Below, piece by piece: positions 51,691 through 64,000 of a DNA stretch of 64,000 nucleotides; the stretch's first letter is position 1, and each line of letters begins with the position of its first letter. Below the pieces are notes generated by a model, which was not told where the DNA came from, did no database searches, and saw only the letters and a list, made by a program, of their open reading frames with translations. Position numbers and translations under genes: made by a program. The stretch spans positions 134,797,170 through 134,861,169 of the forward strand of contig NC_068984.1 of the NCBI RefSeq assembly GCF_001194135.2, read 5' to 3'. The DNA is from Octopus bimaculoides (taxonomy: Eukaryota).

Positions 51691-53497
51691 ATTTATATGT
51701 AAGCAACTATTTGACCAAATCACTTCTCTACAATTTTGTGCCAAACCTAGATATTGTTATTCTCCGTACACATACAAACTACTTTTGTATATGTAAGCTG
51801 CAGATTACTCGTATTAAGGATTTGCGGTTGATTTCTTCCTAGTCATTTATTGTACAAGATCTGTAAAGTTTTACCGGCTTCAATATTGTAATAACTTTTG
51901 TTTGGCAAATAAATCTTTTGTCATTTATGGTAAACAAAATTTACTTATCTTTGACTGATAGGTATCCTATGGTTTATACGTAAATCTATACCACAAATTT
52001 CAATTGTATTGTTGCAACGATTCGGATATAAATTTCAATCGCCTGAAAATTAGTAGTATAAATAATTTGTCACATTAACATTCAATGAATCCTGTTCTTA
52101 TTTCGTAAATGCAATCCTTTCACTAAAATTTCGGAGAAAGTGATATTTTCGTTAATGCCTGATTGGTATGGCACAATTCTAAAAAAAAAAATAATTCTCT
52201 GTGCATTGAATAAGTTTCTTTTCCTTCTCCAATTGACAGGATTAAGACTAAAACTTCGTTTGTTCAGTTTTCATGGATGTAGTTGATTCTGGAAGAGGTG
52301 TGTTGGGGTTTTGGATAACTGTCATTTCCTTTCACCGAAATAATAATGGCTTTAGTGTTAAAAGCTCCTGGAACTGTGAAAGTCAGTTATCTCTGTAGGA
52401 TGGTTAAAAATCCTACTACAAAGCTGTCACAGCTATTTGTGTCTGTTATTATAAAAACAAACTGATTGAAATAATGTGGAATATATGTAAGGGAAATACA
52501 AAGAGATATGTGTAGTTTTATAAAGAAAGAATGACACAAGCAAATAAATTGATGAAATAACAGAGGAAGAGTAAGTATAAAGAAAAGAAGAAACGTTACT
52601 AAAACCCATGATAAATCCATAGATGCTACAAAATTGCGAATTGTTACTGTACTTACGGTAACAGTCAATGAAAAGAGGCTGCCAAGTCAATGAAATCTTA
52701 CGTCAGAAGCTATTTGCTGCGTAACCTCTTTGTTGTATTTCTGACAAGTACGCACATAAAACAAAATACATTTAGAGAACATAGAAAAGAGAGAGAGAGA
52801 GAGAGAGGTGGAGAAGGTATGGCGGACAGATACATTGATGTTGGATATTTCCTATGAAGTGAAAGACAAGTGTTGAAATATTAAGTTTGTTTTATCAGCT
52901 TAATATTTACAACGTACTAAAATATAAAACAGAGTACAAACAAATGATAAAGATTGCTTACGTTTTTTTTAATTGATTTCTTACATAAGGAAAATAGCAA
53001 TAGTTTGTCAAGAAATCTACCGGAATGCTTTTAAAGAAAATCAACTTGGATGATTGCGTATACTAAGTGCCAAGTGTATTAATTTATTTCAAATAACAAG
53101 CTTCTAATAGAAATTTATCGTAATGTTGATTTTATAAGGATACTGAAATATTTATGCTTGAAGTAATAGTGGAAGAAGAGAATGAAGAATTTCATTTTTC
53201 ATGTCTTGTTTAATTGTATGTCTCATCTTAACAATCACGTCAATGGGGAATTGCATTCCAGCCGTGCATCCCGGTTATTTTTGCCGTATGTTTATACATA
53301 CGACTTCATTAGAAATGGTGGTGTACCATTTCTGCGTTCATCAACAGTTCATACTGTACAGAAAATACAGGAAAAGTGGTAAGAATCGAAGGGCGACGTA
53401 AGGATAATGCAAAACGAAGTAATGATCTCAAAATGATTATTATGATAATGTTGGTTATAAAATTGATGCCAATATCAATAGAGTTGTACAAGCCGGC

Positions 53498-53790
53498 GAG
53501 AGGTGAAATGGCTCAGCGGTTAGGGCAGCGGACTTGCAGTCAAAGAATCGTGGTTTCGATTCCCAGATCGGGCGTTGTGAGTGTTTATTGAGCGAAAACA
53601 CCTAAGCTCCACTAGGCTCCGGCACGGGGTGGTGGCGAACCATGTACTCTTTCGCCCCAACTTTCTCTCACTCTTTTTTCCTGTTTCTTGAGTAACGCTG
53701 CGATAGATTGGCGTCCAGTTCCCTGGAGGGAACACATACGCCATAGAAACCTGGAAACCGGGCCCATGAGTCTGGCTAGGCTTTGAAAGG
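53498..53790 (+). mobile_element. SINE family C
   Basis: Colinear with the 46113 copy including GTGTTTATTGAGCGAAAACACCTAA and CACATACGCCATAGAA. Confidence 0.9.
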
Positions 53791-53814
53791 GGGAGGGGCG
53801 GCGTTTATCGTTTT

Positions 53815-54035
53815 ATAAGCCGGCTAGCTGTCAGTCTCGTTAGCTCGCAAGGCAAAATGCTCAGGGCCAGTTCGTCCGTCTTTACGTTCTGAGATCAAAT
53901 TCCGCCAAGGTCGGCTTTGCTTTTCATCTTCTCGAGGGTCGATAATTTGCACTGGACGGTCGATGTAATAGGCTTGGCACATCCCATCCCCCCACTCCCG
54001 AAACTGCTGTCCGTGTGCTAAAATTTGAATCCTGC
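53815..54035 (+). mobile_element. SINE family A, degenerate
   Basis: CTTTACGTTCTGAGATCAAATTCCGCCAAGGTCGGCTTTGCTTTTCATC. Confidence 0.75.
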
Positions 54036-54575
54036 ATTAATAAAGTAAATAATGAATAATGTTCCTCGTCCATACTTTCTTCCTTTGTTCATTTGTTTCT
54101 CGCCCACCTCTAGAATAGTAAATATATACATGTATTCATCTATACATGATGCACACTCATGCCTACATATATACATATATACAGAGGCATACATTTACAT
54201 ATGTATATGTACAGAAAACGGCACCGCATAAGCATTCATACATACATACATACATTCACAGTAACGCATACTATTTCCTGTCGAGCTTTCTCGTATATTT
54301 ATGATTTCACACTGGCTTACAAGTACACACACAATATATAATTTTCATTTGTCTTTAATATACACGCATTACACTCTGCAGCACAAACATACAGTAATTT
54401 CTACAGTACGTCTACACAACACTTAAACCTTGCACATTACACATAACCCTACATACAGCTGTCACTTTTATCCGAAATGCTCTTCACTCACGTCGGAAAC
54501 ATAAGAACAAATCAGACCAAATGTAATACCAACTTATATTTCCACCCGTCGCCTTCAGGCCAGCACGGGATAGCA

Positions 54576-54602
54576 TATCTATCCATCTTTCTGTCTATCT
54601 AC

Positions 54603-54678
<76 letters not shown>

Positions 54679-54861
54679 ATATCTATCTATCTATCTATCT
54701 ATCTTTACATATCTTCCCATTTTTGTCTGTCCGTCTACCTACCTACCTACCTACCTACCTACCTACCTACCTACCTACCTACCTGCCTGCCTACCTACAT
54801 ATCAACCCTATATTTCTCAATCTATCTATAAATATCCATCGATCGATTGTGTGTGTATGCA

Positions 54862-54960
<99 letters not shown>
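54576..54960. repeat. (ATCT)n, (CTAC)n, (CA)n, (TA)n microsatellite cluster
   Basis: Direct reading; source of the 237-aa pseudo-ORF. Confidence 0.95.
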
Positions 54961-55017
54961 ATGTTAATATGAAAATAAATCCACAAACATATACGTGGGT
55001 ATCTTGTGTGCATTTGC

Positions 55018-55053
<36 letters not shown>

Positions 55054-56744
55054 GCACATACATATATACATACATACGTACATACATTCCCTTAGAAATA
55101 TGTACATACACACACATCACGCGCATACACAAACATACACACACATATGTATGTACGTATGTATGCACAATTACATACGCATACGCATAAACCGGAGTCT
55201 ACATACACGACCGACATCTTCACAGTCACTTTTTTTACGTACAATATTCACCGCATCGAAAGGAATATCTGTCAGCAGTATTCTGAACTATACATTAATA
55301 TTATGGTTTATTGTTTTCATTTTATTTATTTTAGTTATATTTTTTGTGTTCCTCTATTATTGATATTTATCGTCTGTTTTACGTATGTTTTTTGCAATAT
55401 GTTATATATAATTTTTAGTTTACAGTAATTGAAGGAACTGCATAAANNNNNNNNNNNNNNNNNNNNNNNNNNNNNNNNNNNNNNNNNNNNNNNNNNNNNN
55501 NNNNNNNNNNNNNNNNNNNNNNNNNNNNNNNNNNNNNNNNNNNNNNNNNNNNNNNNNNNNNNNNNNNNNNNNNNNNNNNNNNNNNNNNNNNNNNNNNNNN
55601 NNNNNNNNNNNNNNNNNNNNNNNNNNNNNNNNNNNNNNNNNNNNNNNNNNNNNNNNNNNNNNNNNNNNNNNNNNNNNNNNNNNNNNNNNNNNNNNNNNNN
55701 NNNNNNNNNNNNNNNNNNNNNNNNNNNNNNNNNNNNNNNNNNNNNNNNNNNNNNNNNNNNNNNNNNNNNNNNNNNNNNNNNNNNNNNNNNNNNNNNNNNN
55801 NNNNNNNNNNNNNNNNNNNNNNNNNNNNNNNNNNNNNNNNNNNNNNNNNNNNNNNNNNNNNNNNNNNNNNNNNNNNNNNNNNNNNNNNNNNNNNNNNNNN
55901 NNNNNNNNNNNNNNNNNNNNNNNNNNNNNNNNNNNNNNNNNNNNNNNNNNNNNNNNNNNNNNNNNNNNNNNNNNNNNNNNNNNNNNNNNNNNNNNNNNNN
56001 NNNNNNNNNNNNNNNNNNNNNNNNNNNNNNNNNNNNNNNNNNNNNNNNNNNNNNNNNNNNNNNNNNNNNNNNNNNNNNNNNNNNNNNNNNNNNNNNNNNN
56101 NNNNNNNNNNNNNNNNNNNNNNNNNNNNNNNNNNNNNNNNNNNNNNNNNNNNNNNNNNNNNNNNNNNNNNATATATATGCATATATAAAAATTTTATATA
56201 GCTATACCTAACTATACTCATGTGTGTGTGGATATATTTGCGTATAGAATACGTATGTGCCTGATACTATGAATATTATACAATCTGTGTTGGTTAGATG
56301 AAAATGTACTTCCCCTATCTTAAGAGTATACATGTATATTTATGTAATGTGTGTGTGTTTACGAAGACAACTATAATACCAATCGAAAATAAGAAATGAA
56401 AAAAAACAATTAATAAATTCACTTGTTTATAATTTCCCCTTTCTTTTCAATATTTTAGATTTAAGCCACTTAATCAGAAACTATAGAGATCATCTGAACT
56501 TGTGCTGCCTTGTTATATGAAGCAGGGATGAGGTTACACGTTTGAGAAGATATGACATCGAAGCAGTGGAGGCTGTAAAAAGTGATGTAGAAACTATTGT
56601 GACAATCGAAAAGGAGTAATTGTGAATTATTTACCTGTTTTGTCCTAAACATCATAGGCATGTGTTTCTAAAATTTAAGGTCACTCTTCTCAGAATCAAT
56701 TTTTCCTTCCTTAGACTACAGAAGCATTTGACATTTTAGCCAAT

Positions 56745-56887
56745 GTAGCCGCTCGGTCAGCTTGCTTCCAAACTGGTTCAGTCTCACTGCGTGGTACCTT
56801 GAGCAAGTGTCTTCTATTATAGCCTCAAGCCGGCCAAAGATGAGTGGATTTAGTGGGTAGAAATTGAAAGAAGGCCGTCATGTATGA

Positions 56888-56937
<50 letters not shown>

Positions 56938-57160
56938 GTGTGTGTGAGTGTGTGTTTGTTTGTCCTCCATCACCGCTTGATAACCGGAATCGGCGTGTTT
57001 ACATCGATGTAAATTAGCGGTTCGGCAAAAGATACGGATGAAATAAATACCACGCTTAAAAAGTTACTGGAGTCGATTCATTCAGCTATAATGTCTCCAA
57101 GGTGGTGCCCCAACATAACCGCTGTCTAATAACTGAAACAAGTAAAAGATAAAAAGAATA
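56745..57160 (+). mobile_element. SINE family B with internal (TA)n(TG)n
   Basis: GGTACCTTGAGCAAGTGTCTTCTATTATAGCC...TTAGCGGTTCGGCAAAAGA...GAAACAAGTAAAAGA. Confidence 0.85.
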
Positions 57161-57987
57161 GATAAACATCACACTGCAGTCCTTAAACAAGTATATACTA
57201 GAAAATGAAGCCCTAGCTTTTGTTATATATGAAATCTGAAAATGGACGAGAAGTTAATAATTCATGACTAACAATTTGTTTATTGGTCTCATTTTCTACT
57301 AGGTTTAATTTTTGCCTCATCATCATCGACCAAAAGCAACTATTTGACTTTAAATTTGTTTGCAACTGATTTGTATCGGAGTAACTCTATTCCAATGGTT
57401 GTGTGAGTCGTAACACTACACAAGATGATTTGATGTGTTATAATACCAGATTCAATAAATTTACTACCAGTCGATTATTGTTTAGACCAAAATCATCTAT
57501 GCTTTTGTACACACATCTTGCCATTCCTTTCTTCAGTAACCCACCATCGTTTATTTCAGACAATACATCTACAAAGGCGCTATCTAAAATGCTCTTTCAT
57601 TTACGAGGCGGCGAGGAATAATTTTAAGCAAATTTGACAGTTCGTACCAGTCCTTGCTTTTATTGCTGTGACTATTATAATTCCTGGTAGGATTTATGTG
57701 GATAGCGAGCTATTGCTTCTAACTTTAGTTATCTACAAGTTTTCAGCAGTCTTTCAAGTTTTTAAAACCCTCTTGATTTTCTGTCCCTAAGAGACAAACT
57801 TTCTGTATGACCTCCACCGGACATTTTATTCCAATCTCCTTCAGTCGTTTGTCTATAACTTTGCTTGCTGCTTTCTACGCACCGATTACCATAGGCACGA
57901 TTTTTAGTCTTCTCACGTGCCAAATTCTTTCTATTTCAAATTTTAAGGGATTGCATTTTTTCTAGTTCTTTCTTTACGATCCTGGAT

Positions 57988-58000
57988 ATTATTATTATTA

Positions 58001-58050
<50 letters not shown>

Positions 58051-58200
58051 TTATTATGTTTTTTTTCTTCTTTCTTCAAATTTTCTTCCATCTTTTGCCG
58101 AGTGTTTTCCGTACACCTAGGGCAGAGAAGCTCATTGTATGCATTCCCAGGTTACACACGCAAATTCACAGGTAAAATATGTATTTCAAAAAATTAATAA
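57988..58200 (-). mobile_element. Probable LINE 3' UTR ending in a (TAA)n tail
   Basis: About 140 nt of non-repetitive sequence, then an A-rich linker and a long (TAA)n on the minus strand; no coding motif. Confidence 0.35.
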
Positions 58201-58294
58201 ATATATAAATTCATGAATGGATGTTGTTTTCACAGCGATAATGCTCTTCTCAGTACATGTGTCGTTCCAGTTAACTCTTCTCAGTACATGAGTC

Positions 58295-58365
<71 letters not shown>

Positions 58366-59149
58366 GTTGTTGTTGTTGTTGTTTTTGTTGTTGTTGGTAT
58401 TATTTTAGTTGCTGTTGTGGTTGTTGTTTAGTCTCAAACTTGCTGAACCAACCTATGATGAATATATCTTAATTTGTATCAATTTTTAAATCTAGTTTCG
58501 AGCAACATAAATAACAGGTATACTCAGTAACTGAAATGCATACGGCTTGTCTGTGCGGTATATCTTCGCTTTCTAAAGAACATTTATTTAATGTGTATAA
58601 GAATTATTACTTCAAGTGCAGAATTTTAGAATAAGCTATTAAACTCTGATGCGCAACAGACATTCAGCAATTTTTTCTGTTGATATGCATAGAGATTATT
58701 TCGAAATGTGAGAAGTTTTAGTTTGAGTAACACATAGCAATATACGAATCGTTGTGAACTATTTTAGAACAGTGTTATGAATATTATTTATCACTTTTCT
58801 TATGCTTAAAGACACATACATTCACCAGACATTTTGTGTAATGAGAAAAGATCGAAAAACTTTAACGGATCTATGACTTCCTCAACATGCACTACTATTT
58901 TTCCGAACCGCAAACATACATACATGCATACATACATACATACATGCATACATACATACACACATACATACATACATACATACATGCATCATTTATACAT
59001 ATATACATACATACAACATGGTGTCGAACTAAGACGCGTTGGCATGGGGGCTTATCCATTCATTGCGCCGGGTAATGAATACTATCTCCAATAATATTTG
59101 CCATTAATGCAAGCCTCATTGAAGAAATGGCTATTTTCTTTGCATTTAC

Positions 59150-59900
59150 TCAAAGATATACAAACCACGTAGAAAAATTACGATACATACACCAGAGTAA
59201 CGAAAGAAACCGGAGTCAGCTATCGCAGATCGCACAACTATATATATTGTAGCTCAACTACCTGATACATCGAAACCCATAGATGCTTACATTCCCTAGT
59301 TGATACCTGTATCTAAACACGAACATCCCCTAATTGTATGTAGAATTGATATAATCTCTTCCCTACGACCAAAATGGAGCAGTATTATACTATTAAATAT
59401 ATTAAATTAATTAAAATGCACGGGATACCCCACTCCAATTATACCCAAATAATACTTTTAGACGTCCCCAACGTATACACATCCATGTCAACCCTTTCAT
59501 TTAGCACCCTTTTAAAAGAAAAAACGTAATTAGTACTCTAATGCATTGTCTCTCTTTCAATATTTAATATTCTATATCATACTAGTATACGTTTCAGCAC
59601 TGCCTATCTACAAGTAAGCACAGCACCTAAATATCCAACGGCCATGAAAACAATCAGCACTTGTCCATTCTGGTCCTTTTTTTATCCTTGGTTATGAATT
59701 CTTCATTTGTCCTTCGTCAGCCTAAAGATTCCAAATCCACCTCCTACATCCCTAAAATACCCTCTGATTAAACATACACCCTGGATATGTTATAAAGAAA
59801 AATACTATCCACCCGTATTAATCACTCGTATTAGTCACTCCTTCGATAGATAGCCCGCTAAACTAAAAGTAAAAAGAACACCCTTATATTATTGTTGATG
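59150..59900 (+). mobile_element. Decayed Penelope-like RT-thumb/linker remnant
   Basis: Frameshifted IYKP, IYCSSTT..THRCLHSL (cf. RICS...HL..L) and QRP*KQSALVHS (cf. R.P.NL...LV.S). Confidence 0.4.
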
Positions 59901-60168
59901 TTGTTATTATTTAGGGATGTTTAAAATCGTACTGATAATACTCTTATATATATACTATTATTTTATCTTATCTGATCTGTTTATTATCCCGACGTTTTTT
60001 GTTTATTTATTTTTGTGTATGTGTTTACAAAAATAATCGCTAATTATCCGACATATACTAGAAAATATTATCTGCATTCACTAACAACTCTACCGTTAGA
60101 ATTCCCCAGGCAAATTTTGCCTGAAACAACCCTGTATTATTTTTATTGTCATTACCGTTGTTACGATT

Positions 60169-60211
<43 letters not shown>

Positions 60212-61011
60212 TGTTATTGTTATTTACATTCATACGTATGTATCTACAGTTATTTATTACTTTATTTATTTATCTATTTACGTGTTTATATTCTTTTCTT
60301 ATTTTGTTCTATATGATTCTTATCCCATAGTTGTAGTCGTTGTAGTTGTTTTACTTGTTTTATTTTTGTTTTATTTTTTAAATTTTGTTCGTTTATTGTT
60401 CTGCTGGTCATTGACTTAATTGATAGCCATCAACGAACCAGAACCATGCCATTGTTTTCGAATAAGAGCTGACCAATTGGGTAGTAGGACTGACCATGAC
60501 CCCACCCCACTACATATAGGGGTTTCGAGATTAGTGGATCAGCAAAAAACTAACAAACACTAACGTCACATCTAAGCCTCACCTAGTTTTCTCTCATTGA
60601 TACACTGATGTACTAAATTTCCCATGATGGGTTCATTACAAGTTGCTTATGCCATACCATCTGCAACGCTACACCTACTAACTGGCATTTTACATATAAG
60701 CTTTCACCCCTGTAACATGGACCATATATAGTTCATCTTCACTATCTCTCGTGCAATAATTTTACTGGTAATTTTAACTTTTGGTCTGAGTACTGCTGAA
60801 TAGTAATGAAGTTTGAAATGTGTTCAATAATAAATGATTTCATTATTGACCTATGTTACGACTTATACCTGAATGATATTTAATATTTAATTTTCTGATA
60901 TCCCAGACATAGTTACATTATTTTTTCAAAATGTTTGGAACTAGACTGCAAGCACGCTAGACACTGAGATGAAAAATACACTACGCTATTTAGTTACAAC
61001 CATTTTGTTGC

Positions 61012-61215
61012 CAAGGCGGCGGCTTGGTAGAAGCGCGCACGAGGCGGACAGAGTACTTAGTGACATATGTTCAAATACTTTTTGCGTTCAAATCCATCAA
61101 AATCAATTTTTCCTGTCACTCCACGTGGGCTCGATAAAATAAAGTACCAATCAATAACTGTGATCGATACAGGCGACTTGTCCATTCTTCTGAAAGTTTC
61201 TCGGCTCCTACAACG
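61012..61215 (+). mobile_element. SINE family A, degenerate
   Basis: AAGGCGGCGGCTTGGTAGAAG head, CTCGATAAAATAAAGTACCA core. Confidence 0.65.
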
Positions 61216-61322
61216 GACCGGTGTTTGTTTCAAGTGGAATATTGTGATCTCTGTCAGCTATACGCCATAGAAGCCAGATAGCTGACCTTATGATATCTAA
61301 GACTCAAGAAAATACATGTTAT

Positions 61323-61365
61323 TTGGGGAAATTTCGAACCTGGGTATTTTTCGATGTTGTTGTTG

Positions 61366-61420
<55 letters not shown>

Positions 61421-61455
61421 CATTATTATTATTATTATTATTATCATTATTATTA

Positions 61456-61490
<35 letters not shown>

Positions 61491-61702
61491 NNNNNNNNNN
61501 NNNNNNNNNNNNNNNNNNNNNNNNNNNNNNNNNNNNNNNNNNNNNNNNNNNNNNNNNGAGGTCACTGCCTGGAATCGAACTCGGAATCTTGGGGTTAGTA
61601 GCCCGCGCTCTTAAACACTACGCCATATGCCCGTGGGCGTAGTGGTTAAGGGTGCAGGCTACTAACTCTAAGATTCCGAGTTCGATTCCAGGCAGTGACC
61701 TC

Positions 61703-61773
<71 letters not shown>

Positions 61774-61997
61774 TGATGATGATAATGATGATGATGATGA
61801 TGATGATCATGATAATAATAACAATATCGAACATTACCTTAGGAATGAGAACCCCCGTTCGAAATTTCCCCAAGACACTTGATGAAGGCTGGAGAGTATA
61901 TCATCCGAAACGTAGTGTTAACAACAAACAAGATGTGGAAAATATCCGTCAATTGTAAATAATGTGCATAATTCCTCATCTCTTTAATATAGAACTG
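61323..61997. mobile_element. Head-to-head palindromic element: two tRNA-like heads, each followed by (AAT)n and a shared tail; right arm carries a hammerhead
   Basis: Heads at 61558-61632 (-) and 61635-61702 (+) share AAGATTCCGAGTTCGATTCCAGGCAGTGACCTC; both tails contain GTTCGAAATTTCCCCAA. Confidence 0.85.
61874..61919 (+). ncRNA. Minimal type I hammerhead ribozyme motif, C3U core variant
   Basis: GACAC-TTGATGA-A-GGCTG(GAGAGTATAT)CATCC-GAA-ACGT-A-GTGTT: helix I 5 bp (one G-U), helix II 4/5 bp, ACGU palindrome, GUA triplet. Confidence 0.8.
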
Positions 61998-62346
61998 TAT
62001 TATCACGAAAATATATATAAAAAAGAATATGTTGCTGCTTGCTGGATAGGAGAAAGTGGCAGTGACTATACTCTTTAGGGACCAACATATACAGGTCAGT
62101 TGCCTCCACTTAGAAGTCAATTCCTACGGGATTGGGCAAGAATAGGTAAGGGATTTTAAAGAGTGACATTCGTAGAAAGAAAAAAAACTCGGCGTAGAAT
62201 TTCTGCGTGGCCTGGAGAAATTCAAATTTCGAGTAGGTTTCTTTTTCATTCCATTTTTCTTCGGTGAACAAATTAAGGGTCACCCAAGTACTACAGAAGT
62301 GATTTAATCACCTATTATTTGCCCCTACAGGTTTCGAGATCAGAAT

Positions 62347-62584
62347 ATTTATTTCTTTATTGCTCACAGGGGGCTGAGGACAGAGGGGGTCAAAGAGGAC
62401 AGACATAGAGATTAAGTCGATTACATCGACTCCAGTGCGTAACTGGTACTTAATTTAATCGACCCCGAAAGGATGAAAGGCAAAGTCAACCTCGGCGGAA
62501 TTTGAACTCAGAACGTAAAGATGGACGAAATACTGCTAAGCATTTCTTCCGGCTTGCTAAAAATTCTGCCAGTTCGCCGCTCTT
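62347..62584 (-). mobile_element. SINE family A, long-tail variant
   Basis: Reverse complement of the 791-1023 architecture including TTTATTTCTTTATTGC.CACA.GGGG. Confidence 0.9.
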
Positions 62585-62744
62585 AGAGATCAGTATATTG
62601 GAAAATGAATTTTCAGAACAGAGCAGAAACGAAGATTTACATAAATAATAAACAATACCAAAATGTCGAAATACCTGAATGTCAACATCACATCTTTGTA
62701 CTCCAAGATGGATAAAGTAGATTAAAATTCACTGCAGTAATAGC

Positions 62745-63060
62745 TGTTTAGATTAAGAAGTTCGCTTTGAAACGCATAGTTTTAGGTTAAGTCCACCAGT
62801 GCTGTGCATTGCGCTGATTCATTCTATATAGTACAGGGCTGACCAAAGCTTTGTGAGTGTGTATTTGCGTGGATGTGTTTCTTGAGTCTGTATTTGTTCC
62901 CACAAATACCACTTGACAACTTGTGGTGGTTTGTTTATGGCCTCGTCAATAGAGAGCAGGCTTTTAAAACATACCAACTCGTGCCGATTTTGTCGAGCAA
63001 TACTCTTCAACGTACTACTCCAGCATGGCTGCAATCAAATAAATGAAACAAGTAAGATGG
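62745..63060 (+). mobile_element. SINE family B, degenerate
   Basis: GGGCTGACCAAAGCTTTGTGAGTG, CACTTGACAAC, CTCCAGCATGGCTGCAATCAAAT, GAAACAAGTAAGA. Confidence 0.75.
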
Positions 63061-63074
63061 CGGAACATGTCGAC

Positions 63075-63370
63075 GCCATTAGTGTTACTTGTTCTAACGG
63101 TCTCTTTTGCCGAACCGTTTGTTTACGGGAGGTGGCCAAAAACCACTTGTTAAACGATGAAGGAGAAAGCCATAAACAGAAAGACACACACATGCGAATT
63201 CACACAGCACATACACACATACACACACATATACACACACATGCACACGTACATACATATGTACTCACATCCACATACATACAAATACAAACGCACGCAC
63301 ACACACATATAAGACAGTCTTCCATGCAGTTTCCATCTACTAAGTTCACTCGCAAGGTATTGGCCGAAGG
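63075..63370 (-). mobile_element. SINE family B, degenerate, tail-to-tail with the previous copy
   Basis: GGTCTCTTTTGCCGAACCG, (CA)-rich interior, CAGTTTCCATCTACTAAGTTCACTCGCAAGG. Confidence 0.75.
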
Positions 63371-64000
63371 TGACCACAAAGTGAGCTCCCTAGACATGTC
63401 TACACCCAGCTTATTTTCTTTACACACTATTTTGAATAACTTTATAGCTACTTCTACCAACATTCAAACCAATAAACTGGTATATATTCTGCGCAGATAC
63501 TTACTTATTCAAAATTCACAACATTTTGTATCGGATCAAAGAAGGCAGAATCCTTAACACAAATCAATTATATTTCTTGACATTCCGACTTCAACTCCCA
63601 TTCTTATTAAATTTGCATTTTTCCTACTTCCCCACTGTATAGCACAAATAACATTTGATTATGTGTATGACTTAAAGCTATTTATAATAATTTGCCATAA
63701 TATATGGAATAATGTTATTGCAAGGAATCATCAACATACATTTTGCAACTTACAAGACTAGACATTTCGAAAACACTTTTAGAACATTGCTGCCAGATCA
63801 TATTCACATCCGCCTCCTTGCAGTCATAGTTGCTGTTGTAATTTTATAGAGCTAACCCAGTTTTGTTTTCTTTTTCAGTGTCTGAAAAGAATCAGCCGTT
63901 TCGCTCAATCGACTGAGCCGCGTCCCTTTTTCTTTTTTTCTTTTAATTACAACTTATTCAACTTCTAAGCACGTTCAAGAAGCTAGTATGTTTGTGAGAA

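Noticed and set aside
54477-55190. 237-aa ORF
   Set aside because: Concatenated ATCT/CTAC/CA/TA microsatellites
56470-56640. Exon-like peptides on both strands
   Set aside because: No frame has both a good acceptor and a good donor
59575-59620. Minus-strand TTGTAGA...GAAACGTA hammerhead-like string
   Set aside because: No helix I, double core mismatch, and antisense to the local PLE remnant
61558-61702. Two tRNA genes
   Set aside because: Acceptor stems do not close and both run into repeat tails; SINE-type tRNA-derived heads

Overview
AT-rich eukaryotic genomic DNA from a gapped draft scaffold (15 N-runs, most flanked by (TA)n or other microsatellites). The SINE families and microsatellite load look like a coleoid cephalopod (Octopus-like); this is an inference from repeat content. 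No complete protein-coding gene, rRNA, bona fide tRNA or CRISPR array is supported, and most ORFs in the track are microsatellite or N-gap artefacts. The window is a transposon graveyard: about 30 tRNA-derived SINE copies from four families, one near-full-length dead DD34D mariner, RTE and R4/Dong-type LINE fragments, and four decayed Penelope-like element (PLE) remnants. The most interesting signals are: (i) three well-formed minimal type I hammerhead ribozyme motifs with non-canonical cores (A6U twice, C3U once) plus several decayed ones; (ii) a head-to-head palindromic element of tRNA-like head + (AAT)n + hammerhead-bearing tail at 61.3-62.0 kb; (iii) a 50-bp-arm hairpin at 16.4 kb; (iv) a plus-strand cluster of partly phase-compatible candidate exons at 38.0-38.7 kb.
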